Part shown: positions 27,805 to 45,899 of the stretch, piece by piece
Layout: each line of letters begins with the position of its first letter
Numbering within the stretch: the first letter of the stretch is position 1
DNA from: Eledone cirrhosa
Taxonomy: Eukaryota
Direction of reading: 5' to 3'
Length of the DNA: 64,000 nucleotides
Assembly: GCA_964016885.1 (NCBI GenBank)
Contig: OZ024743.1
Span: 37,572,001-37,636,000 of the forward strand
The notes under the pieces: model-generated
The model's input: only the letters and a program-made list of their open reading frames with translations
The model's database searches: none
What the model was told of the DNA's origin: nothing
Program-made: the position numbers and the translations under genes

Positions 27805-28407
27805 CACTACCATTGTTACTATCGCTTTCCTCTAGCCATGGGACTTGGAGAGATGAACCGAATGCTACCATTCTATTATACATCGATGAGGGGCTGCTAT
27901 TTGTAATAACCATCTTTTCACTTCTTATTAATTTGTGTGTGAGACACGTTGGCTGAGACTTTTGACGGGAACGAAAAGATTTGTTTCTACTCTCTCGCCA
28001 CCACGTAAAGTTTGTAAATCGGTGGCTGGTCGAGGGACAGAATTGTATCGGATTCCAGTTGCTAATCACTTTAATCCTCGGCCGTTACAAACAGTCATAG
28101 CCGGCATGGGCTGGGTTTTGGATTGTGTCGTTCAATTAGTTATTGATTAAACGATACCCGCTGATGAAGCCACATACACCGATTATGTATTGTTGCATAA
28201 TATATGCAGGCAGAGGGTGCAGTGCATCCTACTGCTGCGTTAAGTGTGACCGAAACTCGAATCCGGGAACTATTATAGGCACCCGTTTTACGTGTGTTGT
28301 ATTGGAGCGAATAACTGTGTGTATACTCTGGGAATGTATCTTACATTGCCCATTGAGTACGCTGAAATACAACCGGTCCTGGCATTGATAAATATGATGG
28401 GTCCGTC

Positions 28408-28472
<65 letters not shown>

Positions 28473-29305
28473 CGTGTGTGTGTGCGTGTGTGTGTGTCAG
28501 TGTGTTAATTTAGTACCCTATAATGTATGTTTAAGGGAAGCTGTGGCAGACGATAGTTGTATTTGTTTTACCATAGATATCATTGCCATGTGCAAAAGCA
28601 ACGTGAATGCTATGAGCTGTAAAGTGATTTAATATTGTCCTATGACTATTACCATAAATACTACAAAATGCAACACGTTTTATGTTGTGTCGTAAAATTA
28701 AGTCCAATCGTCTCAAAGGTTTTTACGGATATTTAGCTGTGTAGTGTAGATTGAAGCTTTGACAATTATTTGTAGAATTTAACATGTAACTGCTGACTTG
28801 GGACTTGGTATTTAATTATTTATTTATTAATTTCATTAATTTCGTATCACTAACAAAACTGAATAAATATATCACGAGAGATTTAACTTAAAAGAAAATG
28901 TATTGTCGGTGTGAGAATATTGGGGCATTCGATTTAGACGCAGTAGAATAAAAAAACAGCAACGAATAAAATCTACCAGTCAAAAACAAGCAAAGTACTT
29001 TGCGATGGACTATCACAGTATTAATCTATCTGGTTTCATGCTTATTTTGGGTCGAAGCTGTTGTAAAATATAATTTTGGAACAATGAACTCTTACTCCAC
29101 CAGCAATCTGGATAGTTACGTATAAAATGATATGGTGAATATATATATATACAAATAATGAATCAAAATATATGAAATATGTTTAGAATATTTTGTTTCT
29201 GAATAAGCAAGCTCAATAGACTTTATCCAGAGCCATAATAATACATATATCGCTTTATTTGGTTATACATACATACACGCACACACACACATACACACAC
29301 ACACG

Positions 29306-29346
<41 letters not shown>

Positions 29347-29792
29347 ACACATATATATATATATATTTTAAGTGTTTTAGTAGGAAAGGTAAAGGAAATG
29401 AGAGTGCTCTATGTAGGCTACAGAGCTATTTATTTGAAGACTTCAAAAGAATTTTCTTTCTGATGAGCCATTTCAGACGTCTGTGTCGAGCTTGGCTGTC
29501 TTCATGAAACCTTTGGTTTTATTATATTATGATTTTGTTATCTTTTTATTTCTTTGTATTCTCCATCTCCTCATCTTCTTATTAGTACTATTACTCTTTA
29601 ATGTACCCTATCCGATTTTACTGATTTACATCTGTAACTTCTCCATCTATTTACCATACATGTTTTTCTATTGTGTTTATTGTTTTATTTAAACGCTATT
29701 TTATTAGTGATTTTATTATTGATGTTATTGTTTTGGTGTTACACTACTTTTCTATATAAGGCTTGCCTCGAGTAAATTATTTTCATTTTTAT

Positions 29793-29903
29793 GTGCTCAG
29801 ATGAGTTGAACAGTTACAAACAATGTATTGGATATCAATTGACACAGCACCAAGTGATTAGCGAACACTAGACACAGCTGATCAACGAAACAATTGTCAG
29901 TAC
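29793..29903 (+). ncRNA. Type I hammerhead-like motif with long stem II and altered core (CAGAUGA)
   Basis: gtgct-CAGATGA-gttgaacag...ctgatcaac-GAAAC-AATT-GTC-agtac. Downstream sequence matches positions 14-75 of the window. Confidence 0.6.
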
Positions 29904-30258
29904 TTTAAATAAAACCCTTATTGTACAGCCTACCATGTTACTCTTCTTTCTTTATATATATATATATATATATATATAGATATATTTATTAAAATAACAG
30001 ATTAAAGTTTAAGCAAAGAATCGCTGCTTTCACCCTTAACGGGATCTTCTGAAACTAACAAAGTCAATCTGTAAACGCAGAAGTGGATATTTCAAAAAAC
30101 GTTGCAACCGGAGGAAGACAGGAAGATGATACTTTGGATTTTAGTCTTCAAATTTATTATTATTACATTATATATATATATATATACACATATATATATA
30201 TATAAAATAATTAAGTCAAATAGGTAAAATTTGGCTTCGTTAATTATAAAATATAGAT

Positions 30259-30350
<92 letters not shown>

Positions 30351-30351
<1 letters not shown>

Positions 30352-30841
30352 ATATATATAAAGTTGTAGCTCCTGTCTGTTTGTTTGTTTGTTCACGAAC
30401 TCCTCGTATGGTTTTGGAGATAGATCCCCATAACCATATATATTCTGAGACTATATTGCCCAGGGTACTTGGATAAGTATATTTCATTTTAATCAAAGGG
30501 TTCCCCGGGGCCACAAACCCCCGCTGAAAATGTTTTATATGAAATTTAAACGATAGGTAAATGACAAGATATAATGCCTATTCACGAAAGTTTTGAATTG
30601 ATATTTTGAAAAAAAAATTATTTACAAGGAACAAAATATGAATAAGATTTAATTATGTAATTTTGATTTGATTTATTACAAAAAATAATGTTTTTCAATT
30701 TTTCATGCATTACATTTTACTTTGAGTAATATTGAAATGCAGAGTTTTTCTCCATGAATTATATCATTGATTTAAAATCAATCAGTATTTTCTCACAAAA
30801 AACATCTGTGAAGCGCAGCAGGGCGCGGGTAATTCGGCTAG
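30351..30841 (+). mobile_element. Probable non-autonomous Helitron
   Basis: Starts tatatataaag followed by (tgtt)n. Ends with a GC-rich hairpin (gcgcagcagggcgc) about 11 nt before CTAG followed by T. Confidence 0.6.
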
Positions 30842-30869
30842 TATATATATATATATATATATCAATAGA

Positions 30870-33644
<2,775 letters not shown>

Positions 33645-35683
33645 CCTAGGTGAATGTGGTTGTATGACATTGCTATCTTGCTCATGTATTTGAGGAAATT
33701 ATCAGCAAATTCCATGCATGTGTAATTTGAACACAGAGAACTGATGTTAAAGAATACCATGCATGTATAATACTATTAGTTTAGAGTGCTAAATGTTGCT
33801 ATGTAACAGTGTACAAGTATTTGTGTAGATAGATGAAAACTAGTGTTGAACAACATAGCAGATCTTTAGTCTCTGAAGCATCAGGCAATATGATTTGTTA
33901 TTAAAATTTACTCTGTACTGCCAAGAGAAAACAACCAATATCGCTTGTTGTTTCCCTTGGTGGCAAATAGCGAAATTGCAAACCGCAAAAGATTCGTTTC
34001 GAACAGGGTAATTGTGATTTGATGAAATAAAATTGAGATTCAACGAACATTTCTGTAGAACACGCAGACAATAAATGTGCATGTACAATGCAAATGAGCG
34101 CCAATACAAATTGCAGTTTCAGAAGAAAGCTGACGTGTAAATAAATACGTGTTTCATTTTCTTTCGTTGAGAATATCAAACGTTTGTAATAGATAACTTA
34201 CAATCAGCATATATAACATATTTAAAAAGCTGAACAAGGTGCAAATCAGTTATGTGGTACTAGCAACGCGACTGATTAGTTATAGTTACTTTGCTTTCTT
34301 CACATAAATACAATCTACAACCGACTGACACAGATAACAACTGTCAATTATCTATTGTTCTATCTCGGTTTATCAATTTGGATAGGTTTTATACCTTAAG
34401 GGAGATTGAGATGTAGACTTTTCGTGCAAATCTCTTAATTTCGGCGAGAAAAATGTTATTATGTATGTTTAAATAAATTACTTCCGCAGAAATATCACAT
34501 ACTATTAAGGTGGATATAAAATTAATGTTTTCTAATGTTCCAGAATAATGTTATTGTGATAAGTATAATAAATATAATAAAGGATATACTTTATTCTATC
34601 AAAATTATATGTAAATTAAAAAGACATTTGTTAACGCGTTAGCGCATTGTTAATGCGATACGCGGTAGTTCAATAAATTAATAGAGTATTATGAAGTATA
34701 TATTAAAATTGTTATTATTTCCGAAAGATATAATTCATATATTAAATTATGTTGGAAGATTTTGTTCTAAATACAAACCCTGTAAAATGGGTGATTTTGT
34801 TTCATAGAACCAGAGATGACTCATGGTGGGTTGGTATCAACGGGGTTGATGTAGTTACAGTATATATGTATTGCTTTTGATATGAAATTGCATGATCCAC
34901 TCCGGTCCTGAAAAACAAAACTTTTCATTTTAAAGTGTAAAATCTTCCATCATAATCTTATGCAATACATTTTTGTTAAAATATGCTTTAAATAATACGT
35001 AAGTTAATAATAACAATAATTCTTAGCAGATTCTTAATCATAGATATATATTCTATTAGGGATACCATAATTTCTGTTTACAAAGCAAAACATCCAGGTG
35101 TTTTGAGGTTAATTGTTCATCATGGAAACCAGCGGGGATCCATCATATTGCCCAATAATGGGAACGCTTCTTCAGTACGCAATCTCTTCATACAATTACG
35201 CTTCTCCATACAATTTTGACATTTCAAATGTTTCTCATAAGCCTCCAATCAACATTATTTTATGGTAAAACATAATATCCGAGAGTGTCCTATGTGGGTT
35301 GAATTGAACCCGCCACCACGTATTTGCAGAGCTAACTTCTTATATAAGCAACCTAGTATAAAATACAATTGAAACCTTTGAAAAAAGTAAAACAAATAAC
35401 AGAAATATCAATTTCTTCAGTCGACATTCCTTTATATAATGTCTTCCCTCCCATCCCAACCACCAAGATAAAAATATATAAAGATACAAACAAAGATGGT
35501 AAATATAAATGCAATCAAAAGATGCAACTGCACAAATATTGTGCATATTATAACTCTGTCTTACCATGACAGCTGTCTGATATGAGAATATTAACTGTCT
35601 CATAGAATTTGACGAAGGGAAAAATATTCATTTGTGTGTGACCATAAAGTAAGCAGATTTAATATATACATACACACACACAC

Positions 35684-35873
<190 letters not shown>

Positions 35874-36735
35874 GTATATATATATATATATAAAATATAT
35901 TAAATCTGTATACATACATATATATATATATATGTGTGTGTGTGTGTACATGAAAAGAAGACACATACATGCAGTCATATATTTCCTTCCCACTACCTAA
36001 ATTGCATTTTTGACTACACCCTCACAATATACATACTTACGTACACATGCACGAACTCTCACATAAATGCGCATTTGAGGTAAGGAAAAACGAACGAAAG
36101 AACTTGACATATTATATTGCAATATGGCATTAATAGAGGTGATATATATATATATATATATTTATATATATGAAAATATTGGAGATGCAATTGGAGTCTT
36201 AAAAAGTATTTATTATAAATAAATCTTCCTTAAGACTCCAATTGTATTTTCAACTGCTTTTGCCTATATGTTTACCCGTGTAGGATATAAAAACATGAAA
36301 CTTACTTATTTATGTATATATATATATATATATATATACATAAGTAAGTGTCCTGTCTTTATATTTTAGGGGAGATTGAGATGCCGACTTTTCGTGCAAA
36401 TCTCTTCATTTCGGTGACAAAAATGTTATTATATATATATATATATATAAGGTGGTTAGGTTTGCTCGAGATCTAAGTAAATTTTGCTATATTTGCCAAG
36501 AAGTAGTAGTTCTTGTAAAAGTGTTTAATTTTACATTGAAACTGAGAATCTTAAACTGTATGCTATGATGCCCTGCCTAGAATGTATCTTTGTTTAGGGG
36601 TAATAATATTCTATAAACCGTTGTGGATATTGTGAGTGATCATTATTTGCACAGCAACATCAGAAAATATTGCCGCACTGCTGATTCTCTCACTTTGTCG
36701 ACGATAGAGATGGGCAAATCTTGATATATTATATT

Positions 36736-36838
36736 GCGGTGGATTGGCAGTATCGGTAGAGGGTCGAACGACATGCTTTTTACGGCGTCGATAAAATAAA
36801 GTACCAGTAATGCACTGGTTAATTGCTGGCCTTTTGCC
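36736..36838 (+). mobile_element. Internally deleted copy of the tRNA-derived SINE
   Basis: gcggtggattggcagtatcggtagagggtcg...gtcgataaaataaagtaccagt matches 26420-26605. Confidence 0.7.
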
Positions 36839-39169
36839 AAGATATAGAAACAATTATATTGCAGTACATATGTATATACGTACAGGCATACCTAAACAAT
36901 AAAACTACGTATTTACCGAAATTATAAGTCATTCGTCGTTTTCTCAAATGTTTTTTTTTTATTCTGTCTTTAGGTTGTGAACCCTCATGTGATCGTAGAA
37001 ACCGATTTGGGTATCCAGATAAATATTGCCCATATAGAACGTCTATACTTAGTGGCCATGGCTGTGACGGTTGGTCGACGTTCACATCATGCATCAATTT
37101 TCCAGTGGTCGCTTCTTTTTGTAGTTGGCGTAATTGTGTATATATTTTTTTAATCATTGGTTACATTTGAGCTTCGGTTGATGTTATCTCTCTCGTCACA
37201 CAGGGAAACTGTCCGTGGAGTTTAAGCTTGTGACAAATAAGTGTCCCACAACTCTAAGTTACATCTTGATTAACATGCCATCATTATTAGTGCTCTTTAT
37301 TTACAAGTCCAATTAGTGAGATGGAATTGTTAGAGTGTCGAAAGCGATGTCTTGTGGTGTTCCCATCCGGATCTTGGTGCTCTGTGTTCAAATCCGATCG
37401 AGGTCAACTTTGTCTATCATGCATGTCGGACAAACGGAATAAAGACGCAAGCCAAAAGCAGAATCGTTAGAAAATTAGGCGAGATACATTGTGGTATTTA
37501 TTCCGACCTTTTGCCTTTTCAGTTTAAAAAACCACGTTGAGGTCAGCCTGGGTGTTGGACATTATCGGTCATCCAGATTACCACCATAGTTAAGTTCTTC
37601 GGTCCGTTCAGTGAAATCGTAACTGTTGTAAGCAATCCGACAATTTTTCCAGCTAAATCATGCCATCCTTCCTCCTCCTAGGCGCGAAGCTACTGATAAT
37701 TATTATGGGCCTTTTCCCTCTATGTTAATATGATGTCAGTATACAAATTAATAAGTAATATAGATACACGGACAAGGTGTGTCCTGAAAGAATGTTATTT
37801 TCGTTTTGGTGTCTGACTCTTTTCGTTGTGCTTTGTTAGCTGCGTCAACTGTACCGAATCGAGTGTCTAATGGGATATAACGTCATTGAGATAATTAGGG
37901 AGTAAACATTATATTGTTTGACCTGTTAGAAATAGCAGTCAAATCCGCCCTCACCACATATTTAAAGCGGTGTGATGATCATAACTGGGGCCACGTTGAT
38001 TATAGGTTTTATTACCCAAAGCTCACTGAAGGCGAAGCAACAGAAACATATGAGGTAATTAATTCTAAAATAATTGAACAAATATAAATTGCTATCAAGT
38101 TGATTGAATTATGAAATGATAAGGGTGCATCAGATTATATAGCAATACATTTAAACATTTAGTGTGTGGATATAATAACAAGATTGAATAACAAAATATG
38201 AAGAAGATATGGCAGGATACAGAAAACGATTCGCTGGAAGGTTTGTAGGCAGTTTGGATTCAAAACAGGTGAATGGCCTGGAGCTTTTAATATTGATGTC
38301 GGATTTCTCAGTGCAAACTGAAAATGTACTCTGAATTTATGAATAGATTTCATCATAAGCGTGGAGAAAATGAAAATTATCAAGATCTCAGGTTTTTCTA
38401 TGCAGCAGAAAGAAGTAGAAAATAACCAAATATTTAGTGTTCTCTAGGTGACTGATAAAATCTCTTGAATGCGAAGGAATGTTTTGTCATTCGACAACGA
38501 GAACCATTCACGATCAGCAACGTAAGAGACGAAAAATGGATCAAAGTTGAATCACAGATGGGAAAATTGACAAGAATGCATTGTTTTAGGATAAAATAAG
38601 GAATTATTTGGAGAAGGTACCATTCAATCAAGCGTTTTGTTTATCAGTTGTAGATTTTATCGTTGATAGAAAAATTAATATATATGTTTGCATGCATCCA
38701 GCCTGGAGCGTTTTTGTTTTGTAAAGATGATTTCGCAATGAAATCCGGGTGTTTAAATAGATGGGTCATACAGTCCAATGTTCCAACGCAGAGAAATAAT
38801 TGGTTGAAGCCTATCAAAATCAAATATTAGTGGAACATTCAATTGTCGTTCACACCGTATTGTCGAAGTACATGTCATAATGAAACTGCAAGCTACGTTG
38901 AAACACTGGAGTGAACAAAACGATCATTTTATTATTTTCTTACATTGTTATAAACAACATATAACTGCAAAGACTGCATCACACAGTATTAAAAAGGCTG
39001 TCTGGGCTAGACAAACGCATTATATGATCAATCTTTTAAAATAATATAATGAAATGTTTATTATTTCTTTATACTTAAGCTATTTTTTTTATTCATTAGA
39101 TATATCTATTTTGTTATAGAAAGATTTAAAAGGAATTCATTTTATAACACATTACATGTTTTAAATATA

Positions 39170-39352
39170 ATTGTTTCTACTTTTGGCGCCAGGCCAGCAA
39201 TTAACCAGTACATTACTGGTACTTTATTTTATCGACCCCGTAAGGATGAAAGGCAAAGTTGACCACAGCGGGATTTGAACTCAGAATGGAAAGGGCCGTA
39301 ACTCTATGCGTCAAATCATGACGTCCGACCCTCTACCGATACTGCCAATCCA
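39170..39352 (-). mobile_element. tRNA-derived SINE, same family as 26420-26605
   Basis: Colinear, high similarity along its length. More decayed relatives at ~37315-37450, ~54097-54215 and ~61150-61250. Confidence 0.85.
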
Positions 39353-40722
39353 GTTGTCTTTTAAATCAATTCTCTAGCGATTGACGGTCCACGTTAAATA
39401 AGGCGGATCATAATACCGTAGTGTAACATGATCTACAGTCAATATGCTAAACGAAGACATATGCTACATCGTCTGCAATTTTAGTTTATCAACGCCATTT
39501 TATATTTATCTAAGCAATGATTTCATCATAGATTTTTCACATGATTGTTTTGCTGTAATGAGTTGCCATTTCTATTGCAAGTAGATCCTATCTGCTGGTT
39601 GCAATCATTGACAGGAGACGAGATTTGAGCTTAGAACGAACAGAGTCGGATCAGATGCCACTAACCATCAAGTCCGACCTTTTAACCAATTGTACTAATC
39701 CATTCCCATGGACTCGTACTTTATTCATCGATCCTGAAAGCTTGAAAGACAATGTTGTCCTATGTGGTCTATGGAATCAGAGAACAATGAGACGGATATT
39801 TTGTTGCTGGGACACCGCCGGTTCCGACGTCGAATGTTTGGAAAACCAGACAACTTGCACATAAATTAACGTGCCAGGGACTGAGCATTCCATAGATCCG
39901 TGTAACCTTAACGTAGGTCCCATGGAGATTTACCGTCACACAATTGGGATATTGATGTCCCTTTGAATTACAGTTTTAAATCATTATTGTCAATTGTGTG
40001 GACTGAAGCCATGTGAAACACAGAGTCTTGTTCAAGGAAAAATATACATTGCCGAAAATCGATCTCACGATCTTACAATCGAAAGTCAAACACCCTACCC
40101 AATAGGTGATGTGCATTCTTGAGCATAATAACAATGGCTTTAACCACCCTTACAACTGTGTCAGTTCACTACCTAAGTACCGCATACTTAGTACTTACTA
40201 AGTATTAGCTTGAGATTAACATTATATTAAATGATAGGTGCGTTACCAATGTGATGGATTAAAAGTAAGACATATTCTGCTACGCCAGGTCCATGCGTCC
40301 ATTGAGCCAGAGCTTATTCAGTTTTCATTCAAGCAAACGAAGGAACGGAGAAACTACCTTATGTACGGGGCGCCAACGTGTTACAGGTTTAACCCATCTC
40401 AATGCTTGTACTCATTTCTTCAAACTGACTGAAAACGAGCAATGTGTATAACGGTCTTAGAATATTCCACCTTAATGTCAATCATCAGTGAATTGACATA
40501 TATGTACTGGGGTGCAATTGTGTCAATACGTAAGAGGAAAATCAAATATATTTGGGAAACTGACACTGCCCAAACCAACGTTATATTCAGTAATATTTCA
40601 ATCTTGATTTTAGCATTCTATACGAATTCATTTTGGGGTGATACCTTTCACACTTGACTAGTATATATTTTCCAGATTTGGGTTGGTTTGGTTAGAGGAT
40701 GTGTAAGTGTGAGTAGGAATAG

Positions 40723-40816
<94 letters not shown>

Positions 40817-40845
40817 GTATATATATATATTTCTAGTAGGAATAG

Positions 40846-40920
<75 letters not shown>

Positions 40921-40924
<4 letters not shown>

Positions 40925-41234
40925 AGGAAAAAAGATGAAATCGAAAATGAATCTGGAGTCTTTAAAAAAAATAATAATTATTTGGTTCCTTTACCGGTTT
41001 CGCAGTTCTTCTGCTTTTCAAAAGTACAATTGAAGTGGAGAGTTTGTGGTTTGTCTCACATCTGGTTGGTCTTTGAATGTTACTTCTGTTTTATATGGAA
41101 ACAAGTGGCTCGAAATGCTAGGTTTTTAGAGAGGTAATTTGGTTGGTGAATAAGTATAATAAATTTCGCGCCAGTTCGCGTTACAAAGTTCCTCAAACAA
41201 AGGGGGAGGGTCAGGTTGTTTTTTTCATATATGA
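40921..41234 (-). repeat. PLE-type terminal repeat; inverted homolog of 47547-47865
   Basis: Reverse-complement match over ~310 bp. Shorter fold-back relatives at ~27260-27470 and ~36170-36290. Confidence 0.75.
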
Positions 41235-41309
41235 TGAAGTTTAGTTGGTTGATGCAGCCACGTGAATAAGCACATAAGCTTTCGCGCCAGTTTGTGTTTG
41301 AATTTCTTT

Positions 41310-43950
41310 TTACTTAAAATATTTTGAATACAAAACCAGCAACTTTTTCGGACTTCCGAAGATCCACAAGTGTAGAATAATTAACGATGCCTGTAAACAA
41401 TCCACCTCAACCTGCGTGAACAGACAATATCCCACATACCTTAAATTAAGACCAATTGCAGCGGGCCCACAATGTGAAACACACAGATTAAGCAACTTTA
41501 TAGACATACTACTAAAACCAATTCTCAAACAGATACCAAGCCTTGTAAGAGACGATGTGGACCTCTTAAACCACCTACACAAACATGTCAACAGCGACAC
41601 TATTATTGTGGATATCTACACAACTATCCCACACCAATACGGACTAGAAGATATAGGATTCTGGCTAGAGAAATATCCTAATGAGATACCTGACAGAATA
41701 GAAAAAAGTTTCATCACCGAGGGATTAAAATTTATTTTACAGAACAACTTTTTTGATTTCGATGGCAGTACATACAAGCAAATATCGGAGACTGCGATGC
41801 GTACAAAAGCCGCTCCAACTTATGCCAACTTAGTCATGGCATACTTGGAAGTCCAGATATATGAACAGTCCAAACCAAAATACGAATTGAGCTTCCACAA
41901 ATAATTATCAGAGAATTGGAAACGCTACTTGGATGATTGTCTCATTCTTTGGTCTCACACACTCGACCAACTAAATGATTTAAAAAATTTAATTAATGGC
42001 ATCAATAACTACATTCAATTCACAATGGAATACAGCCAAGATCAACTCCCATTTCTGGACATCTTAATCTTAAAAAAAGACACAAATATTGAAACTGACA
42101 TACACTACAAACCAACAGATTCCAAACAATACCTGCTATTCACCTCCAACCACCCAAAGCACACGAAGACGAACACCCCTTTTAACCTAGCAAGAAGAAT
42201 TTACACAATTGTCTTCAATTATGAAACGCAAAATAAAAGACTTCAATAATTAGAGGAAATTCTACTTGAAAGACAACACCCACCATTACTAATAAATAAT
42301 GGAATAGAAAGGGCTAAAGCAATAGGCATTGATGACTTCCCAAAACATAAACAAATTCAAGGTATGTCCAATATTCTATCATATATCTCAACACACAACC
42401 CAAGAAATTAGGAAGCTTACAACACTATTCACACGAACATCCCACTATTGAAACAAGACCCAAGAATGAAAAAAGCCTTTGAAACACAAAATAATCAAAA
42501 GCAAAAGACAATATAAATCACTAAAAACATTACTCACCAATGCCAAATTACCTACCACAAACCCACAACCAACTGTCAAAAAATGTGGTCGCTCTAATTG
42601 TGGAACCTGCGCTCACTTCATTGAAGGCAACACTTATACAATTCAATCAGGACAACATTTTGCTGTAAAAAATCACTTCACTTGCTCATCAAAAAATCTT
42701 CTTTATGCCATTAAATGTAAAGGATCCAATGAAGATTATATAGGACAAACTAAACTCAAACTCAGAAACAGAATGACAGTTCATCGCCAACAATTACTAG
42801 ATCCAACCACGAGACAGATACCACTAAGTGCATATCTAGACATATGCGCAAGTAATAAGACACCAAAATTCCAAGTCTTCCCATGTTATCTTTGCGCTGA
42901 CAATACAACAGAACAAATACGAATAAATAAGGAAAATATGTTTATTCAAAAATATAGATCAGCATTAATATAGTTTAATATAAATTATGTCAACACCATA
43001 ACATGCTAACCATCCAAACAGACACATACATACGCACACACATAACACCTTCTATTTTAGAAAATAAAAACCAGAACTAAATAAACCTTAACATACGTTA
43101 ATACTCTAACACCTTAATATGCCAACCACACCCCCATAACTCCCTCCGCATTTCTAGTAACGGAATCATTTTACTACACACACACACCCATAAAAAAAAT
43201 ATATATTCTCTCCATCTTAACATGCTAACCATACTCCCACGCACACACACACACACACACACACATAACACCCATACACACAGACATAACACCCATCCAC
43301 ATACACCCACACACACAACTCCCCCCTTTCTACTAATAGAATCATTTTCCTACACACACACACAAAATATATATATTCTCTCCATCTTAACATGCTAACC
43401 ATACTCCCACACACACATACACACACACACACACATAACACCCGTACAGACACGCAACTCCCTCCCCCATTTCTATTAATAGAATCATCTTCCTATACAC
43501 ACACACACACAAGCACACAAATAAACATACATATTTCTACTTTCTTTATTTCAATAGAAAGTCTGAATTCTGACACCCCATCGCACCAGCCATATTCACT
43601 GAACCAGAACAATTCTCCCCATCCCATTTTTCTTGACCATTATCTTTTGTTTGGCTCAAAATTCTCTAAAATGCTAAAAATTAAATTGCCAAATACAGGC
43701 GCCATTTTAATGTACTTGTTCACGTGCCAGTCATAGTTTCATTTATTCCTCTGAAGGATAGACGTGTTTTGTTGGGCTCTGCTAGAGTCAGCATCAACAC
43801 ACACACCACGTGTTGCTACACACACAGGGAAAAAAATAACCGCCGAAATAGAGATATGTACATCTATATTTTCATATCTAAATATACTTATTATTATTTA
43901 CTGATGTCCTTCTGTGTTTAACGTGAAATACAAATTCATTAATATATGTA
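41310..43950 (+). mobile_element. Penelope-like element, 5'-truncated and decayed (RT plus GIY-YIG)
   Basis: FFGLPKIHK, LRPIAAGP, DIYTTIPH, APTYANL, RYLDD, LPFLDI and HPKH motifs, then CGRSNCGTC and LLYAIKC...YIGQT in ORFs 41416-41904, 41929-42249 and 42479-42973. (CA)-rich 3' region follows. Confidence 0.92.
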
Positions 43951-44039
43951 CCTGTATATATACATATATGTATGTGTGTGCACTTTCCTGTGATTAAAAT
44001 AAAATTTCTGGAACTACAAATTCAACACCCAACGAGGTA

Positions 44040-45185
44040 AACATTTTCAACTTTTCCACATCCACTCTGCCTGAATGTTCTCTTAACGTAATATCTGCTT
44101 CAAGCTCTATTTAAGATTTGTTTACCATACATTGATGATCTTACGCTTGGATTACCCATTACTCAAATACTTTTGCGTTCCAAACATTCGCGGCATTAAT
44201 TTACTGTCTAATACAAGATTCCTGGAATCAGAATGTGCTGCTATGATGGAATACATCTTAGAACGGAAACATAACCCCAAATAATAAATGCTATTAACCA
44301 TTGATAGGAACCTCACACATATAACGCACCAAAATATACGGGAAGAGCGAGAGAAAGAAACAAAATAAAAAAGGAAGGGGCACAAAAAAAAAACGACCAT
44401 CAATTCACTGTCAAATAATTTTTTTGAATCGGATTAAAAAGAGAGAAGAAATAAAAAGTAAAAACAAACCAACACGTGTTGCTCCCCACATGGATATACA
44501 CAGATATATGTGTGTATTTGACATACGAACACACATATGTACGTGGGCATACATGTATGTGTGTATATGTATGTGGCATGCTAATATTATGCCATTCCTT
44601 GGAGCAACCATACCCATTTACAGACTGTTTCATCCCATTGAATGAGAGCCGTACAGAGCTGTTATACTAGTCGCGAATTATTAAACATTATAGTTCGCCA
44701 TACGTAACTCAACGCGCGAAGCTCATAAAGATGTTGATGCTGACATCGATGAAGGAAATTTGCCTGCATCAGATACCAACCCTCTTGAGTTAATGAATTT
44801 TTATCTTAAACATTTACCACGCTGCTTCATCACTTCTAACACATTGTCAAATCCACTAGACTCTATCCATATCTACATTGGTGATTTTACGCTTGGATTA
44901 TCTGATTACTCAATAATCAAACATTCGCGGCATTAACTCACAGTTTAATCCATGATGCTGGGAAGCAGTATGTGCTGTTATGATGAAATACATCCTAGAA
45001 TGGAAATATAACCTGAAATAATAACTGCTAGGAACCTCACAATTTTAACGCACCGAAACATACGAGAAGAGCGAGAGAATAAATAAAAACAGATGGAAAC
45101 ATAAAACAATACAAAACAAAACCGACCACCAATTCACTGCCAAATAATTTGAATCGGATTAGACAGAGAGAAAGAAAAGATAAAA
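44040..45185. repeat. Two diverged direct copies of a ~400-bp repeat
   Basis: Shared blocks (ttacgcttggatta, caaacattcgcggcattaa, aggaacctcac, aattcactg.caaataattt, tgaatcggatta) at ~44040-44460 and ~44800-45185. Confidence 0.7.
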
Positions 45186-45899
45186 AAAAAAGAAAAAAAT
45201 AGAGAATATATTTATTTGCCGTTGTGCTGCCAAATGATGCCGAAAGCCACTGAACCGCATCTCCGGTTAAGAGGCGACAGCAATAGGATAATAACATCGA
45301 CTCCTCATCTTCGGTAAAAGGCACTCGAGCCTCAGGATACTGCCTGGCAGCCCGAACTGGTAGCAGTTTCCTCTCCACCACCATTTACAAGAGGAAGGCA
45401 ACGACAACAACTGTGACATTAACAACAACAACAGCAGATATGTATATACATCAACATCTCACCAGCAAACACTACCACTACCATTAACAAAAGGAAGCCA
45501 ACTCCAGCATCAGTGACAAGTATATCAACACATATGTTTTCAGGATTGAATGACACATCCCCAGCCACAATATCCTATGAGAAGCTGCTAACAAGCTCGC
45601 ATGTGTGCGGGCTGAACTCTGGGAACAACCCCGTTTTCTCTCTTCCCCCTCCTTTGGGGGTTTTTTTGTTTTGTTTTATACATTCAACCATTTGCTAAGA
45701 TTCTACCTTCTTGTGTGTCCACCTCCATGCACCCCTTCTTTTCTCTTTCTCCTCTGACGCCTCTATATCTAATGTAGGTGAGCTATGAGGCCCTCTTACC
45801 AGCACTTTCCCTTTCACCCACACACGCCAGCCACTCACCCCTGATGCCACTCGGTGCCCCAGTCCCGAGGAATTGCCTAGTAACTGCCCAGGAACTGAC

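Noticed and set aside
29455-29525. CTGATGAG...GAAACCTTTGGTT hammerhead candidate
   Set aside because: Nine unpaired bases before GAAA and no stem I.
38159-38631. Tc1/mariner transposase remnant (PGHSPVLNP)
   Set aside because: One short motif only, with no DDE context or TIRs seen.
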